Of a stretch of 64,000 nucleotides of DNA, positions 37,621-46,997 are shown in pieces. The stretch comes from an uncultured Bacteroidales bacterium. GTDB lineage: Bacteria; Bacteroidota; Bacteroidia; Bacteroidales; UBA932. A program made the position numbers and the translations under genes. The notes beneath the pieces were generated by a model. The model was not told the DNA's origin, ran no database searches, and was given only the letters and a program-made list of their open reading frames with translations. The stretch lies in NCBI GenBank assembly GCA_946055165.1, contig CAMGFA010000003.1, forward strand, positions 7,786-71,785, given 5' to 3'. The first letter of the stretch is position 1; every line of letters starts with the position of its first letter.

Positions 37621-37654
37621 ACCCTGCCTCAACTCACTTGTTCCAGCAATACAC

Positions 37655-37704
37655 CACCGTTCCAGATGCAGCGATAAACCTCAAAATTAGTATCTGGAAC
37701 GGTG
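37655..37704. repeat. Hairpin 2: 13-bp perfect inverted repeat with a 24-nt loop, sequence-related to hairpin 1
   Basis: CACCGTTCCAGAT (37655-37667) pairs with ATCTGGAACGGTG (37692-37704). Hairpin 1 is preceded by the same CACCGT. Confidence 0.85.
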
Positions 37705-37812
37705 ATTTTGGAATGCAACAAGTGAAGGAAAGATAGCCATGCCAGATGTCCACAACAGCGAAAGTTATTCTGCCCGGTCGGCGCGCGGAGCCATCCACAG
37801 AGCTCAGGCGCG

Positions 37813-37916
37813 ACGACAGTGCGCGGAAATAACTTTCGCCCTGCAGTTGATGATAATGAACACTGCACATAGTTCCAGGACCTCAACCAACGACAGTGCG
37901 CGGAAATAACTTTCGC
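37813..37916. repeat. 27-bp perfect direct repeat pair
   Basis: ACGACAGTGCGCGGAAATAACTTTCGC occurs at 37813-37839 and at 37890-37916. An inverted 12-mer, GCGAAAGTTATT, sits at 37758-37769. Confidence 0.9.
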
Positions 37917-38014
37917 ATGTGGCTTATTGCTTACGACATGGCACACAGGGTTTTGCACATGACTCCGGTTTGGCATGGATTATTTCCTTTTTTTGTCTTT
38001 TCACCAACAATATT

Positions 38015-38022
38015 TATATTTG
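38015..38022 (+). promoter_or_regulatory. -7 promoter motif candidate TATATTTG
   Basis: It lies 5 nt upstream of the ATG at 38028. Either the transcript is leaderless or the next in-frame ATG at 38046 is used. Confidence 0.4.
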
Positions 38023-38027
38023 TCGAA

Positions 38028-38702
38028 ATGACAATCCGCACTCTTATGAACAGTAAAAACAACTATGAGCAGCTGCTGAAGCTTTGCGAAGAAAAGCCAC
38101 TGAGTTCTACAAGCGATGACCTGGACAGGTACTGCGAACTTTGTTCTTTGTGTATCTCTTTGTCCCAAAAGAACCTGCAAGAGCAGGACAATACATGGGA
38201 AATTGCCCAAAGAGCGCGGGTTTTTCTTCATTATGCAACATATCTCGAGGGTTTTGAACACCTCGACAATTTCCTCTATTCTGCAGTGGATGATATGCTG
38301 GACTGCATATCCGACCACCCGAGGCTCAAACTTGCACTGATGCAGCTCCAGCTCAAAGTTTTAAGGGGTATTGAAGCCAGGCAGATGCACGATTTGTCCA
38401 TCACGGAAGATGTAGAAAGAGACATTTTCTTTTATCAGCGCAATATCGGCTTTGCCGACAAAGGCCAGCTGGACCAGATAAGGGAATCGGGCTATCTCAA
38501 AAGCGACCCTGTGGAATGGACTGCAAAATGGGAGGAAGTGATAGACGAAGCGGATAGGATTGCCTATTCGAATCTGAAAGACATGCCGAGAGGAATGGGC
38601 TTTTGCCACGCCTTCTGGACAGAACGCGGCCTTGCCCTGCAGCAATTCGGCATTGACTGGAAATCCCCAAGGAAAATGAATCCCAAAGTACTTTTTGATT
38701 AA
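38028..38702 (+). CDS. Hypothetical cytoplasmic protein (no recognised domain)
   Basis: The track ORF 37896-38702 begins inside the repeat region. I prefer the in-frame ATG at 38028 (MTIRTLMNSKNNYEQLL...) behind the promoter motif. The C-terminus is rich in conserved-looking aromatic, Cys and His residues: GMGFCHAFWTERGLALQQFGIDWKSPRKMNPKVLFD. Confidence 0.55.
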   Translation: MTIRTLMNSKNNYEQLLKLCEEKPLSSTSDDLDRYCELCSLCISLSQKNLQEQDNTWEIAQRARVFLHYATYLEGFEHLDNFLYSAVDDMLDCISDHPRLKLALMQLQLKVLRGIEARQMHDLSITEDVERDIFFYQRNIGFADKGQLDQIRESGYLKSDPVEWTAKWEEVIDEADRIAYSNLKDMPRGMGFCHAFWTERGLALQQFGIDWKSPRKMNPKVLFD

Positions 38703-38713
38703 TATCTGAAGAA

Positions 38714-40459
38714 ATGAAAGGAATCGGTAAACTCTTGCTGTTGGCAGCATTCGCTGGCTGCTCTGTCAGCGTATCGGCGCAAATAGTATTGGAAGAACTT
38801 GAATCGCACAAGGGGGTATTCACCTATCGTTACGATGACTCCGATTATACGAGAGCCTTCGCCTTCGTGGCGCCCACGTATTTCATATATCCGGACGGAA
38901 AAGTGGACAGGGACGGGGCTCAACATCTGCTCGACGAAATGGGTTTCAACCGCGGCGCCCTGAAAGATAATGCCAATGCAATTTTTGTAATCAACCCTCT
39001 CGAAGAGCAATATTCCGCCAACCCGGATTTTGAGCGTTTCCGCGATATCTACAACCTTGCCTTCCTTCACGTCAATATCAAAGTTATCGGCATAGGCTCG
39101 GGTGCGGATTTCGTGAACTGCAGCATAGCTCCGCAGGCAGAGGGCATTGCCGGTATTGTGAGCATCGGCGCGAAAACAGTCCCGCAAAAGGCAAGTGCTC
39201 CAGTCCCTGCATTCATCTGCGGCAGGAAGGCCGAGAAGATAGCACAGACATATATCAATGGCAGTCAGGCTATTCTGCAACAAAAAGACGCCTCTCTCAA
39301 AATCTATGAGAACAGGGAGGAAGCACTTTTGAGAGTGGTTGTGGACGGAAAGAGCGACAAAACGCTCGCGAGTGTTATGGAAAGGGCCTGGGACACTCTG
39401 CTGAGCAGAAACTACAGGCTTTCCAACCATCAGCACACCTGCTATATGGGAGAAACTCTGGGTTCTCATCCTTTCGAGCTGGCAGAATATATGTATTTGC
39501 CGAATCTGGGGATGAAGAAGAATATCGTGGAGCGCAATCTTCTTGCGGGGAAGGGGGATTATCTGTGGTTCGAGTACTATAACGAGGCTGTGGAGAATGC
39601 CGAAGCGGGCACAGTCCCTCTTCTTGTTCTGCTTCACGGCAACGGGAACGATCCGCGCACTCAGGCCGAGACATCAGGCTTCGTACAGCTTGCCTCTCGC
39701 GAGAACTTTATGGTAATCGACCTTGAATGGCAGGGAACCAACAAGAGGAACGAATGGATGGGGCTCGACGGTATTGAGCTTGTGGTCAATGAAGTGCTTG
39801 CAAATTATCCGCAACTCGACCCTGAAAGGGTATATGCCGAAGGCCTTTCCGCCGGGGCATTCTGTGCTACCGCCCTTGGCATTCACAAGTCTTATCTCTT
39901 TGCTGCCGTAGGTGCCAATTCGGGAGGAGTGATTTCCGGATCTTTGAACGAAGGAATTATTCATGCTACCGGGTTCAGCCCCAAGTCCCTTTGGGGCGAC
40001 GCCGGGCAAAAGCGCAGCCATGTGCAGATGCCGTATTTTTCAATCTGCGGAACAATAGACGGGGCAGTGCCTTTCCCTTGCCGTATGGATGTTCGAGACC
40101 AGTTCCCGGGAGGTGTGGGCGCTCCGCCGGTGCTTCCTCCGGAGGAAAGTTCAATCTTTCAGGCCTGGAGGCTATACCGTTTTCTGAACGGCGCAGACGA
40201 TTTGCAGACCTTTGATGTTCAGGCCGATGCTGTATTCGGGCAGCAACTGGAAAAGCGGCGCAGCCAGACAATCAAAGCTTATGATGTGGAAAGCGGGGAG
40301 GTCATAGTTGACGGCATTCCTCTTATGAAACTCATCGCCGTTATGGACTACGGCCATTGGAATTTCGCTCCCGGCGCCTCAATGATGTGGGAATTTTTTA
40401 AACAGTTCTCAAGAGACCGAAGCACTGGTGAGTTGAAGTTTTGCCCCTCTCTTAAGTAA
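38714..40459 (+). CDS. Secreted lipoprotein with a C-terminal alpha/beta esterase domain (CE1 / PHB-depolymerase-like)
   Basis: 581 aa with a signal peptide and lipobox (AAFAGCS). Motifs include LLVLLHGNGND and a nucleophile elbow, GLSAG. It starts 11 nt after the upstream gene. Confidence 0.65.
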   Translation: MKGIGKLLLLAAFAGCSVSVSAQIVLEELESHKGVFTYRYDDSDYTRAFAFVAPTYFIYPDGKVDRDGAQHLLDEMGFNRGALKDNANAIFVINPLEEQYSANPDFERFRDIYNLAFLHVNIKVIGIGSGADFVNCSIAPQAEGIAGIVSIGAKTVPQKASAPVPAFICGRKAEKIAQTYINGSQAILQQKDASLKIYENREEALLRVVVDGKSDKTLASVMERAWDTLLSRNYRLSNHQHTCYMGETLGSHPFELAEYMYLPNLGMKKNIVERNLLAGKGDYLWFEYYNEAVENAEAGTVPLLVLLHGNGNDPRTQAETSGFVQLASRENFMVIDLEWQGTNKRNEWMGLDGIELVVNEVLANYPQLDPERVYAEGLSAGAFCATALGIHKSYLFAAVGANSGGVISGSLNEGIIHATGFSPKSLWGDAGQKRSHVQMPYFSICGTIDGAVPFPCRMDVRDQFPGGVGAPPVLPPEESSIFQAWRLYRFLNGADDLQTFDVQADAVFGQQLEKRRSQTIKAYDVESGEVIVDGIPLMKLIAVMDYGHWNFAPGASMMWEFFKQFSRDRSTGELKFCPSLK

Positions 40460-40516
40460 TGCCATGTCCGGAATCCGGCCTTTTTGCCCTGGAAAAGCTT
40501 AGCTGCGGGTTTATAT

Positions 40517-40537
40517 AAAATGGGTGCATCCCATTTT
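40517..40537 (+). terminator. Weak hairpin after the esterase gene
   Basis: AAAATGGG and CCCATTTT form an 8-bp stem around a 5-nt loop. The stem is AT-rich, so terminator function is uncertain. Confidence 0.25.
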
Positions 40538-40585
40538 GGTGTATGTTGATTATAAGCAAGTTGGCTTAAAAATTAGTTTATATTC

Positions 40586-40593
40586 TAATTTTG
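40586..40593 (+). promoter_or_regulatory. -7 promoter motif candidate TAATTTTG upstream of the SusC-like gene
   Basis: It matches TAnnTTTG and lies 78 nt before the ATG at 40672. Confidence 0.4.
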
Positions 40594-40671
40594 CACCCTT
40601 GCGCGGGAGTGGGAGTTCTTTTATTTTTGCTTCAAATAACCAAGGATAAAAGAACCACAAAATAATCCTGT

Positions 40672-43600
40672 ATGAAATCAACATTCACAAAAATTGCTTT
40701 GGCAATAGCCGCAATGCTGTTGTTCGTGCAATCGTCTTATGCGCAAGACAAGAAGATTTCAATCAGCGGTACTGTCACCGATTCTGAAAAGAACCCTATC
40801 CCTGGAGCCGGCGTTCTTATTCAGGGTACAATGAACGGTACCACAACAGACCTTGACGGACATTTCTATATGACTGTCCCGAGCAAGCAGACTGTAATTG
40901 AAATCATAAGTCTCGGCTACAAGACACAAGAAATCACTGTGGGCTCGAAAATCAATTTCGACATTGTTCTTTATGAAGATGCCAGCGAGCTTGACGATGT
41001 GATTGTGACCGGTTACGGCCATCAGAAGAGACTCTCGGTCATCGGTTCCATCGAAACCATCGACCCGGGCGAACTCCAGGTGGGCTCCACCCGCTCTCTG
41101 AGCAACAACCTCGCAGGTCAGCTCTCGGGTGTGATTGCCTTCCGTCCTTCCGGCGAGCCCGGTTACGACGATTCCAATTTCTGGATTCGCGGTATAGCAT
41201 CGTTCAGCGGCAACACCTCCCCGCTCGTGCTGGTGGATGGTGTGGAACGCAATCTCAACGATATAGACCCGGCCGAAATCGAATCCTTCTCTGTACTTAA
41301 GGATGCATCGGCCAGCGCAATGTACGGCGTACGCGGCGCAAACGGCGTCATCATTATCAACACCAAACGAGGCACGGTGGCTCCGCCGGCAATAGACTTC
41401 CGTTTCGAGCAGTCTGTCCAGGCTCCTACCAAACTCCCCGAGTTCATAGGCGCAGCCGAGTACATGTCCCTGCTCAACGATCTCCAGCCCGACCCTTACC
41501 TCAAGCCATTCACCAACGAGCAGATTCTCAAAACCTATTATGGTTACGATCCGGACCTCTATCCGGACACAGATTGGCTCGACGTCATCACCAAGGACTA
41601 TGCCCTTTCATCGCGCGCCAACCTCAATGTGAGCGGCGGTTCCGAAATCCTGCGCTACTCCCTTACCGCATCGTACTATCACGAAGACGGTATCCTTTCG
41701 GTGGATGAAACCCTTCCTTACGACACATCCACCAAGCTCAACCGCTACAACATCCGCGCAAATGTGGATTTGGACATTACCCAGACCACAACCCTGCGCC
41801 TGAGCGTGGGCGGATATATGCAGCAGCTCCGCAAGGCCTGCAGCTCCACCGACGAGCTCTTCTCCAAGGCCTTCGAAACACCTCCATTCGTGCATCCGGC
41901 AATCTATTCCGACGGAACCATTCCTATTGCCAGTACCGCACGTGCAAACCCTTGGGCCCTGTGCACACAGAACGGCTACTACAGAAGCACCAAGAGCAAA
42001 CTCGAGTCCCTTTTCTCTCTTGAGCAGAACCTCAAGATGATTGCCCCGGGACTCAAGCTCAAGCTCGCCTTCGCTTTCGATACCTTCAATGAGAACTACG
42101 TCACCCGCAGCAAGACCCCTGACTACTACACAGTGGCCAAGACCCGTGATGACGAAGGCAACCTGAACCACAATATCCTCATGTACGGCCAGGAATTCCT
42201 CGGCCACAGCTCAAATGCCGACTTCGGAAACAACTCTACCTATTTCGAAGCCAACCTGAGCTACAATACCTCAATCAACGAGGTGCACGACATCGATGCC
42301 CTGCTCCTCTACAACCAGCGCAGCTATGACTGGGGCGACATCCAGCCGAAAAGGACCCAGGGTATCGCAGGCCGCCTGTCCTACACCTACGACAGACGTT
42401 ATGTAACGGAGCTCAACTTCGGTTACAACGGCTCCGAGAACTTTGCCAAGGGACAGCGCTTCGGCTTCTTCCCGTCCATAGCCCTCGGCTGGCTTCTTTC
42501 CGAAGAGCACTTCATGGAGGAGTACAAGAGCACCCTCTCCAAGTTCAAGGTAAGAGCATCGGCCGGCTCTGTGGGCAACGATGACATCGGAGGCAGCCGC
42601 CGCTTCGCCTACCTCACCACCATCAATGCCAATGCCCCCGGCTACAACTTCGGCTACGATGGCAGCACCTATTTCAGCGGTGTGCAGGAAGGCGAAATCG
42701 GAGTTCAAGACCTCACCTGGGAGCGCTCCTTCAAAACCAATCTCGGTATAGAGATAGGATTGTGGAACAGCCTGAACATGCAGTTCGACATCTTCAACGA
42801 AGACCGCTCGAACATCTTCATGCAGCGCTCCACCATTCCGAGCCAGACCGGTTTCCTTTCAACGCCTTATGCAAACTTCGGCAAGGTGAACAACAGGGGC
42901 TTCGAGGCCCAGGCCAATTTCGACAAGCGAATCAACCACGACCTCGCCGTTTCCCTGCGCGGCACCTTTACCTACGCCAAGAACAAAATACTTGAGATAG
43001 ACGAGCCGGAATCCATCAAAGGCACATACCGCTCTATCACCGGACAGTCCATCGGCACCCTTATGGGACTTACTGCCATCGGCCTTTACACTGAAGAGGA
43101 TTTCGATTCAGAAGGCAATCTGCTTTCCAGCCTGCCTACTCCGAACCTTGGTGGAGAAGTCCGTCCGGGCGACATCAAGTACAAGGATATGAACGGCGAC
43201 ACTATCATCGACGACCAGGACTACGGTTACATCGGAGGCACATCCATTCCGCCTTGTGTCTATGGCTTCGGCGGCAGCCTCGTATGGAAGCAGTTCGACT
43301 TCAACTTCTTCTTCCAGGGACAGGCCGAGACCTACCGCATCATCGGCGGCAGCAACTACTTCATCCCGGGCAGCGGCCAGGGAGTGCTCGGAAACGTGTA
43401 CAGCAACTACACCGACTGCTGGACCCTCGACAATCCTTCGCAGGAAGTGTTCTGGCCTCGACTTTCCGCTTCAACCAATCCAAACAACAACGTGGCCTCA
43501 ACCTGGTGGAAAAAGGATATGTCCTTCCTCCGCTGCAAGACCATAGAGTTGGGATACACCGTGCCGGAGAAACTCACCAAGAAGCTCGGTCTTCAGAGCG

Positions 43601-43737
43601 CCCGTTTCTACATAAGCGGCAACAATCTCTTCTATTTCTCCAAGTTCAAGCTCTGGGACCCGGAACTTGATACGGTGGACGGCCTCAAATATCCGTCAAT
43701 GAAATCAGTACTGGCAGGTGTGAACATAAAATTCTAA
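40672..43737 (+). CDS. SusC/RagA-family TonB-dependent outer-membrane transporter
   Basis: 1021 aa with a signal peptide, a carboxypeptidase-regulatory-like N-domain (ISISGTVTDSEKNPIPGAGVLIQGT) and a plug (DDVIVTGYG). The long barrel ends in VNIKF. Confidence 0.9.
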   Translation: MKSTFTKIALAIAAMLLFVQSSYAQDKKISISGTVTDSEKNPIPGAGVLIQGTMNGTTTDLDGHFYMTVPSKQTVIEIISLGYKTQEITVGSKINFDIVLYEDASELDDVIVTGYGHQKRLSVIGSIETIDPGELQVGSTRSLSNNLAGQLSGVIAFRPSGEPGYDDSNFWIRGIASFSGNTSPLVLVDGVERNLNDIDPAEIESFSVLKDASASAMYGVRGANGVIIINTKRGTVAPPAIDFRFEQSVQAPTKLPEFIGAAEYMSLLNDLQPDPYLKPFTNEQILKTYYGYDPDLYPDTDWLDVITKDYALSSRANLNVSGGSEILRYSLTASYYHEDGILSVDETLPYDTSTKLNRYNIRANVDLDITQTTTLRLSVGGYMQQLRKACSSTDELFSKAFETPPFVHPAIYSDGTIPIASTARANPWALCTQNGYYRSTKSKLESLFSLEQNLKMIAPGLKLKLAFAFDTFNENYVTRSKTPDYYTVAKTRDDEGNLNHNILMYGQEFLGHSSNADFGNNSTYFEANLSYNTSINEVHDIDALLLYNQRSYDWGDIQPKRTQGIAGRLSYTYDRRYVTELNFGYNGSENFAKGQRFGFFPSIALGWLLSEEHFMEEYKSTLSKFKVRASAGSVGNDDIGGSRRFAYLTTINANAPGYNFGYDGSTYFSGVQEGEIGVQDLTWERSFKTNLGIEIGLWNSLNMQFDIFNEDRSNIFMQRSTIPSQTGFLSTPYANFGKVNNRGFEAQANFDKRINHDLAVSLRGTFTYAKNKILEIDEPESIKGTYRSITGQSIGTLMGLTAIGLYTEEDFDSEGNLLSSLPTPNLGGEVRPGDIKYKDMNGDTIIDDQDYGYIGGTSIPPCVYGFGGSLVWKQFDFNFFFQGQAETYRIIGGSNYFIPGSGQGVLGNVYSNYTDCWTLDNPSQEVFWPRLSASTNPNNNVASTWWKKDMSFLRCKTIELGYTVPEKLTKKLGLQSARFYISGNNLFYFSKFKLWDPELDTVDGLKYPSMKSVLAGVNIKF

Positions 43738-43743
43738 AAGCAG

Positions 43744-45603
43744 ATGAAACTCATTAAGAAAATATTGCTTGTAAGCGCCGCAGCCCTCCTGGCAAGTTCC
43801 TGCAACTGGCTTGACAAGGAGACCGACACGGAACTTACCTTAGAGATGGTCTTCAACAACAAGACCCGCGTTGAGGGATGGCTCGGAAATGTCTATTCCG
43901 GCGTACCCGACACTTATATGGGTTTTGGCCGATACATCGGTCAGGAAATCCTCGGCGACGATATGACCCCGTCGGAAAGATGGAGGCAGTGGAACTGGGA
44001 CGTAATCCCATTCATTCTGGGAGAATGGTCCCCGTCCTCGAGCTGGGGAGGCAACTACTGGGCTTATCTGCCGCAGCGCATCCGTGAAGCCTACATTTTC
44101 ATCGAGAACGCCCACGCTCTTCCGGACCAGGGCCTGCCTGAGGAGGAGATTGAGCTTATGAAACAGGAGTGCCGTTTTATGGCAGCCTACTACTGGTATC
44201 TTTTGACCGATACCTACGGGCCGGTGCCTTACACCCCGTATTTCATTGCTTCGACCGATGCCGAAGTCTCAGAGCTCAAAAAGCCGAGAACTCCGTATTA
44301 CGACATTATCGACGACCTCGATGCCGAACTTCTGGACATCGCCGAGCATCTCCCAAGCTATTATTCCGATGCCAGAAAGTACGGCCGTGCCACCAGCATA
44401 ATGTGCTACGCCGTAAGGGCAAGGATGCTTCTTTTCGCAGCCAGCCCGCTGGTCAACGGCAACCCTGACTATGCCGACTATGTGGACAACGAGGGCCAGC
44501 ATCTTTTCAGCACTACCTACGATGCTACCCGCTGGACCAAAGCAGTGGCTGCCTGCAAGCTCCTGATAGAAAAAGCCGAGGCCGCAGGTCACAAGCTTTA
44601 TGTGGAGCTCGATACCAACGGCAATCCAGACCCTTATCTCTCTGTGCAGAATCTGCTCCTTACCCAATACAATGAGGGCAACAAAGAAATTCTCTTCGCA
44701 CGTCCGGGCGGCAACGATTACGGGGACTTCGAGAGGCACTGCACCCCTACCAATTCCGGCGGCAACGGCGGCTGGGGAATTACCCAGAGCCTGGTCGATG
44801 CCTTCTTTATGGAGAACGGACTGCCGATAAGCGACCCTGAATCGGGCTATGTCGAGACAGGTTTCTCCGACAGCAAGGATGTTCGCGGAAGCCAGTGGGA
44901 GAGCCTCTACAACGGTGGCGCCACCACTTATGCCGGAACCTACAACATGTATTGCCACAGGGAGCCGCGCTTCTATATGTGCGTAGGCTTCAACAACGGC
45001 TGGTTCAATGCCGAAGAACGCTGCTTCGACTTCCTTATGAACCACCAGGACAATATTCACACCCACGATGCCCCTCAGAACGGCTATCTCAACCGCAAGA
45101 AGGTGTCTCCTGAGACCAACGTGAAGGAAGGCACACACAAGTACCGTCCGGGAATCGTCTTCAGACTCGGAGAAGCCTATCTGAATTACGCAGAGGCTCT
45201 GAACGAGACCGATCCGGGCAATGCCGACATCCTGGAGTATGTGAACCGCATAAGGGAGCGCGCCGGTGTGAGGAAATATACCACCGGCCCGAGCGATGCG
45301 GAACATATCCACGTGGACGATGATCAGGAGGCCATCCGCAAGATTATCAAGATGGAAAGGAGAGTGGAACTCTGCTGCGAAGGCACCCGTTACAACGACC
45401 TGCGCAGGTGGAAGGAAGCTGAGCAGACGCTCAACGGGGAATTCTACGGAATGAATTACAACGGAGCCGACAATGAAAGTTTCTATGTCCGCACCGCCTA
45501 TCAGACCAGAGTCTATAAGAAAGAGTACTACTGGTTCCCTATCCACCAAAGCGAACTGGATAAAAACGAAAACCTTGTTCAAAACCCTTATTGGAATAAA
45601 TAA
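43744..45603 (+). CDS. SusD/RagB-family nutrient-binding lipoprotein
   Basis: 619 aa with lipobox LLASSC. It is TPR-like helical, with the typical C-terminal motifs RVELCCEGTRYNDLRRW and NPYWN. It immediately follows the SusC-like gene. Confidence 0.9.
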   Translation: MKLIKKILLVSAAALLASSCNWLDKETDTELTLEMVFNNKTRVEGWLGNVYSGVPDTYMGFGRYIGQEILGDDMTPSERWRQWNWDVIPFILGEWSPSSSWGGNYWAYLPQRIREAYIFIENAHALPDQGLPEEEIELMKQECRFMAAYYWYLLTDTYGPVPYTPYFIASTDAEVSELKKPRTPYYDIIDDLDAELLDIAEHLPSYYSDARKYGRATSIMCYAVRARMLLFAASPLVNGNPDYADYVDNEGQHLFSTTYDATRWTKAVAACKLLIEKAEAAGHKLYVELDTNGNPDPYLSVQNLLLTQYNEGNKEILFARPGGNDYGDFERHCTPTNSGGNGGWGITQSLVDAFFMENGLPISDPESGYVETGFSDSKDVRGSQWESLYNGGATTYAGTYNMYCHREPRFYMCVGFNNGWFNAEERCFDFLMNHQDNIHTHDAPQNGYLNRKKVSPETNVKEGTHKYRPGIVFRLGEAYLNYAEALNETDPGNADILEYVNRIRERAGVRKYTTGPSDAEHIHVDDDQEAIRKIIKMERRVELCCEGTRYNDLRRWKEAEQTLNGEFYGMNYNGADNESFYVRTAYQTRVYKKEYYWFPIHQSELDKNENLVQNPYWNK

Positions 45604-46997
45604 TGAAAGCAGCAGTTAAAATATTGGTACTGGGTGCCGTATCCCTGTTTTTGGCAGCTGCCTGCCAGCAGGAATCGGTAAGAACAGAAATCCCGACCCC
45701 TGAGGACCAGATGCACCTCAGTGTCTCGACAGACGATGTTACTCTCAATTTTTACGACCTCGAAAGCGAGGCTGTCCGCTTCAGTTGGGAGGACTGTGGT
45801 TTTGAAGCATCGGACACTCCTTACAATACTTTCTTCAAAATGGACATAGCCGACAACGACTATGCAACGTCTATAGACAAGATCACGGTTACAGGCCGCA
45901 ACAACATAGCCTTCACCGGTTATGAGCTGGCGACTTTCCTCAACAAATGGGAAATCAGCAACGGCAACAAGGTCACCATCGAGGCCGAAGTGATTGCCGA
46001 GCCTGTAGTGAGCGATATTGAAACCCAGAAATACCAGAAACCGGAAGTGTCCAAGGTGCGTTTCTCAGCAGTGTTCATTGCTCCAAGCGAAATACATCTT
46101 GTAGGAGACAATTTTGATGTGGAATTCAAGACCGATGACGACTTCTTTATTCTCGACCCCGGAACCTACAGCTTTACCTCTGCCGGCCATCCGTTCATGA
46201 GTTTTGAAGTAAGCGAAGGCGGTCTCTGGTATGTGCGCCCGGACTATGCCGAAAGCACTGTCTTCTGCCAAAGGCCTCAGGCCTGGATTGTCGGAAGCGC
46301 CTGTCTCTACGGTTGGGATCTCGGCAATATGGAAGAGCTTGTGAGTGCAAACGAAAGCGGCTCTGTACGCCGGTACAAAGGCATTCTTTCAACCTCCGGG
46401 GACGCATCTGGTGAGCTGAAGATTGCCCTACGTAAGAACGGCCTCTTTGAAATACCTTACCTCCGCCCACAGGCCGACGGGACCCCGGTAGGAGAAGGAG
46501 ATATGGTACTCTGGAAATTCGGTGAAGGTGAAGGAGATGACAAATGGATTGTCAACGAGACGGGAGTTTACACCATTACGGTGGACTACGAGAATATGAA
46601 GATCAATTTCGAAAAGTCTGAAGTCGAGCTTCCTTGGTACAGAATCTGGATGGTGGGAGATGCCACCCCTGGCGGATGGAACAATCCTTTCCAGGTCAAG
46701 CTCCGTTACGACGGTGAAAACGAGAAGGACGGTATCTTTGTATTTGAGGGCTATCTCAAGAACGGAGAGTTCAAGTTCCCGCTTAAGGAGAAAGATTGGG
46801 ATATACCATACCTTATGCCTAAGAATGTGGACGAGAACAATCACGGAACTTTCCCTGCAGACGGAGACACAAGTGAAGTAATATTAATAGATGGGGGATC
46901 TCCTGACCAGAAGTGGTATGTTAGTGCAGAGCAGGCAGGTGAATACATCCTCTATCTGGATGTTTTGGATATGACCCTTACCGTAAAGAAAAAATAA
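45603..46997 (+). CDS. SusE/SusF-like surface glycan-binding lipoprotein
   Basis: 464 aa with lipobox LAAAC. The motifs IVGSACLYGWD and MVGDATPGGWN are typical of SusE/F-type domains. Its start overlaps the SusD stop (TAATG). Confidence 0.7.
   Translation: MKAAVKILVLGAVSLFLAAACQQESVRTEIPTPEDQMHLSVSTDDVTLNFYDLESEAVRFSWEDCGFEASDTPYNTFFKMDIADNDYATSIDKITVTGRNNIAFTGYELATFLNKWEISNGNKVTIEAEVIAEPVVSDIETQKYQKPEVSKVRFSAVFIAPSEIHLVGDNFDVEFKTDDDFFILDPGTYSFTSAGHPFMSFEVSEGGLWYVRPDYAESTVFCQRPQAWIVGSACLYGWDLGNMEELVSANESGSVRRYKGILSTSGDASGELKIALRKNGLFEIPYLRPQADGTPVGEGDMVLWKFGEGEGDDKWIVNETGVYTITVDYENMKINFEKSEVELPWYRIWMVGDATPGGWNNPFQVKLRYDGENEKDGIFVFEGYLKNGEFKFPLKEKDWDIPYLMPKNVDENNHGTFPADGDTSEVILIDGGSPDQKWYVSAEQAGEYILYLDVLDMTLTVKKK

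Noticed and set aside
36586-37976. Track ORFs inside the island (36586-36807 +, 37096-37437 +, 37293-37502 +, 37629-37976 -)
   Set aside because: They run across repeats and palindromes or overlap the XRE gene. They have skewed, low-complexity composition and no start context, so they are treated as non-coding.
36223-38027. Replication origin or DnaA-box cluster in the AT-rich repeat island
   Set aside because: Only degenerate matches to TTATCCACA are present (TTATCCGCA near 37237, TGTGGATTG near 36644). There is no cluster and no dnaA or dnaN nearby.
37427-38702. Type III toxin-antitoxin idea (tandem RNA repeats, then a hairpin, then a toxin ORF)
   Set aside because: The nearest same-strand ORF starts about 500 nt after the repeats and has its own promoter motif. 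It shows no ToxN/AbiQ-like features I can recognise. The left repeat block has no downstream same-strand ORF at all. This remains only a remote possibility, testable by RNA-seq.
40463-40485. CCGGAATCCGG palindrome followed by TTTTT after the esterase gene, as a terminator
   Set aside because: The stem would be only 4 bp with a 3-nt loop. That is too weak to call.
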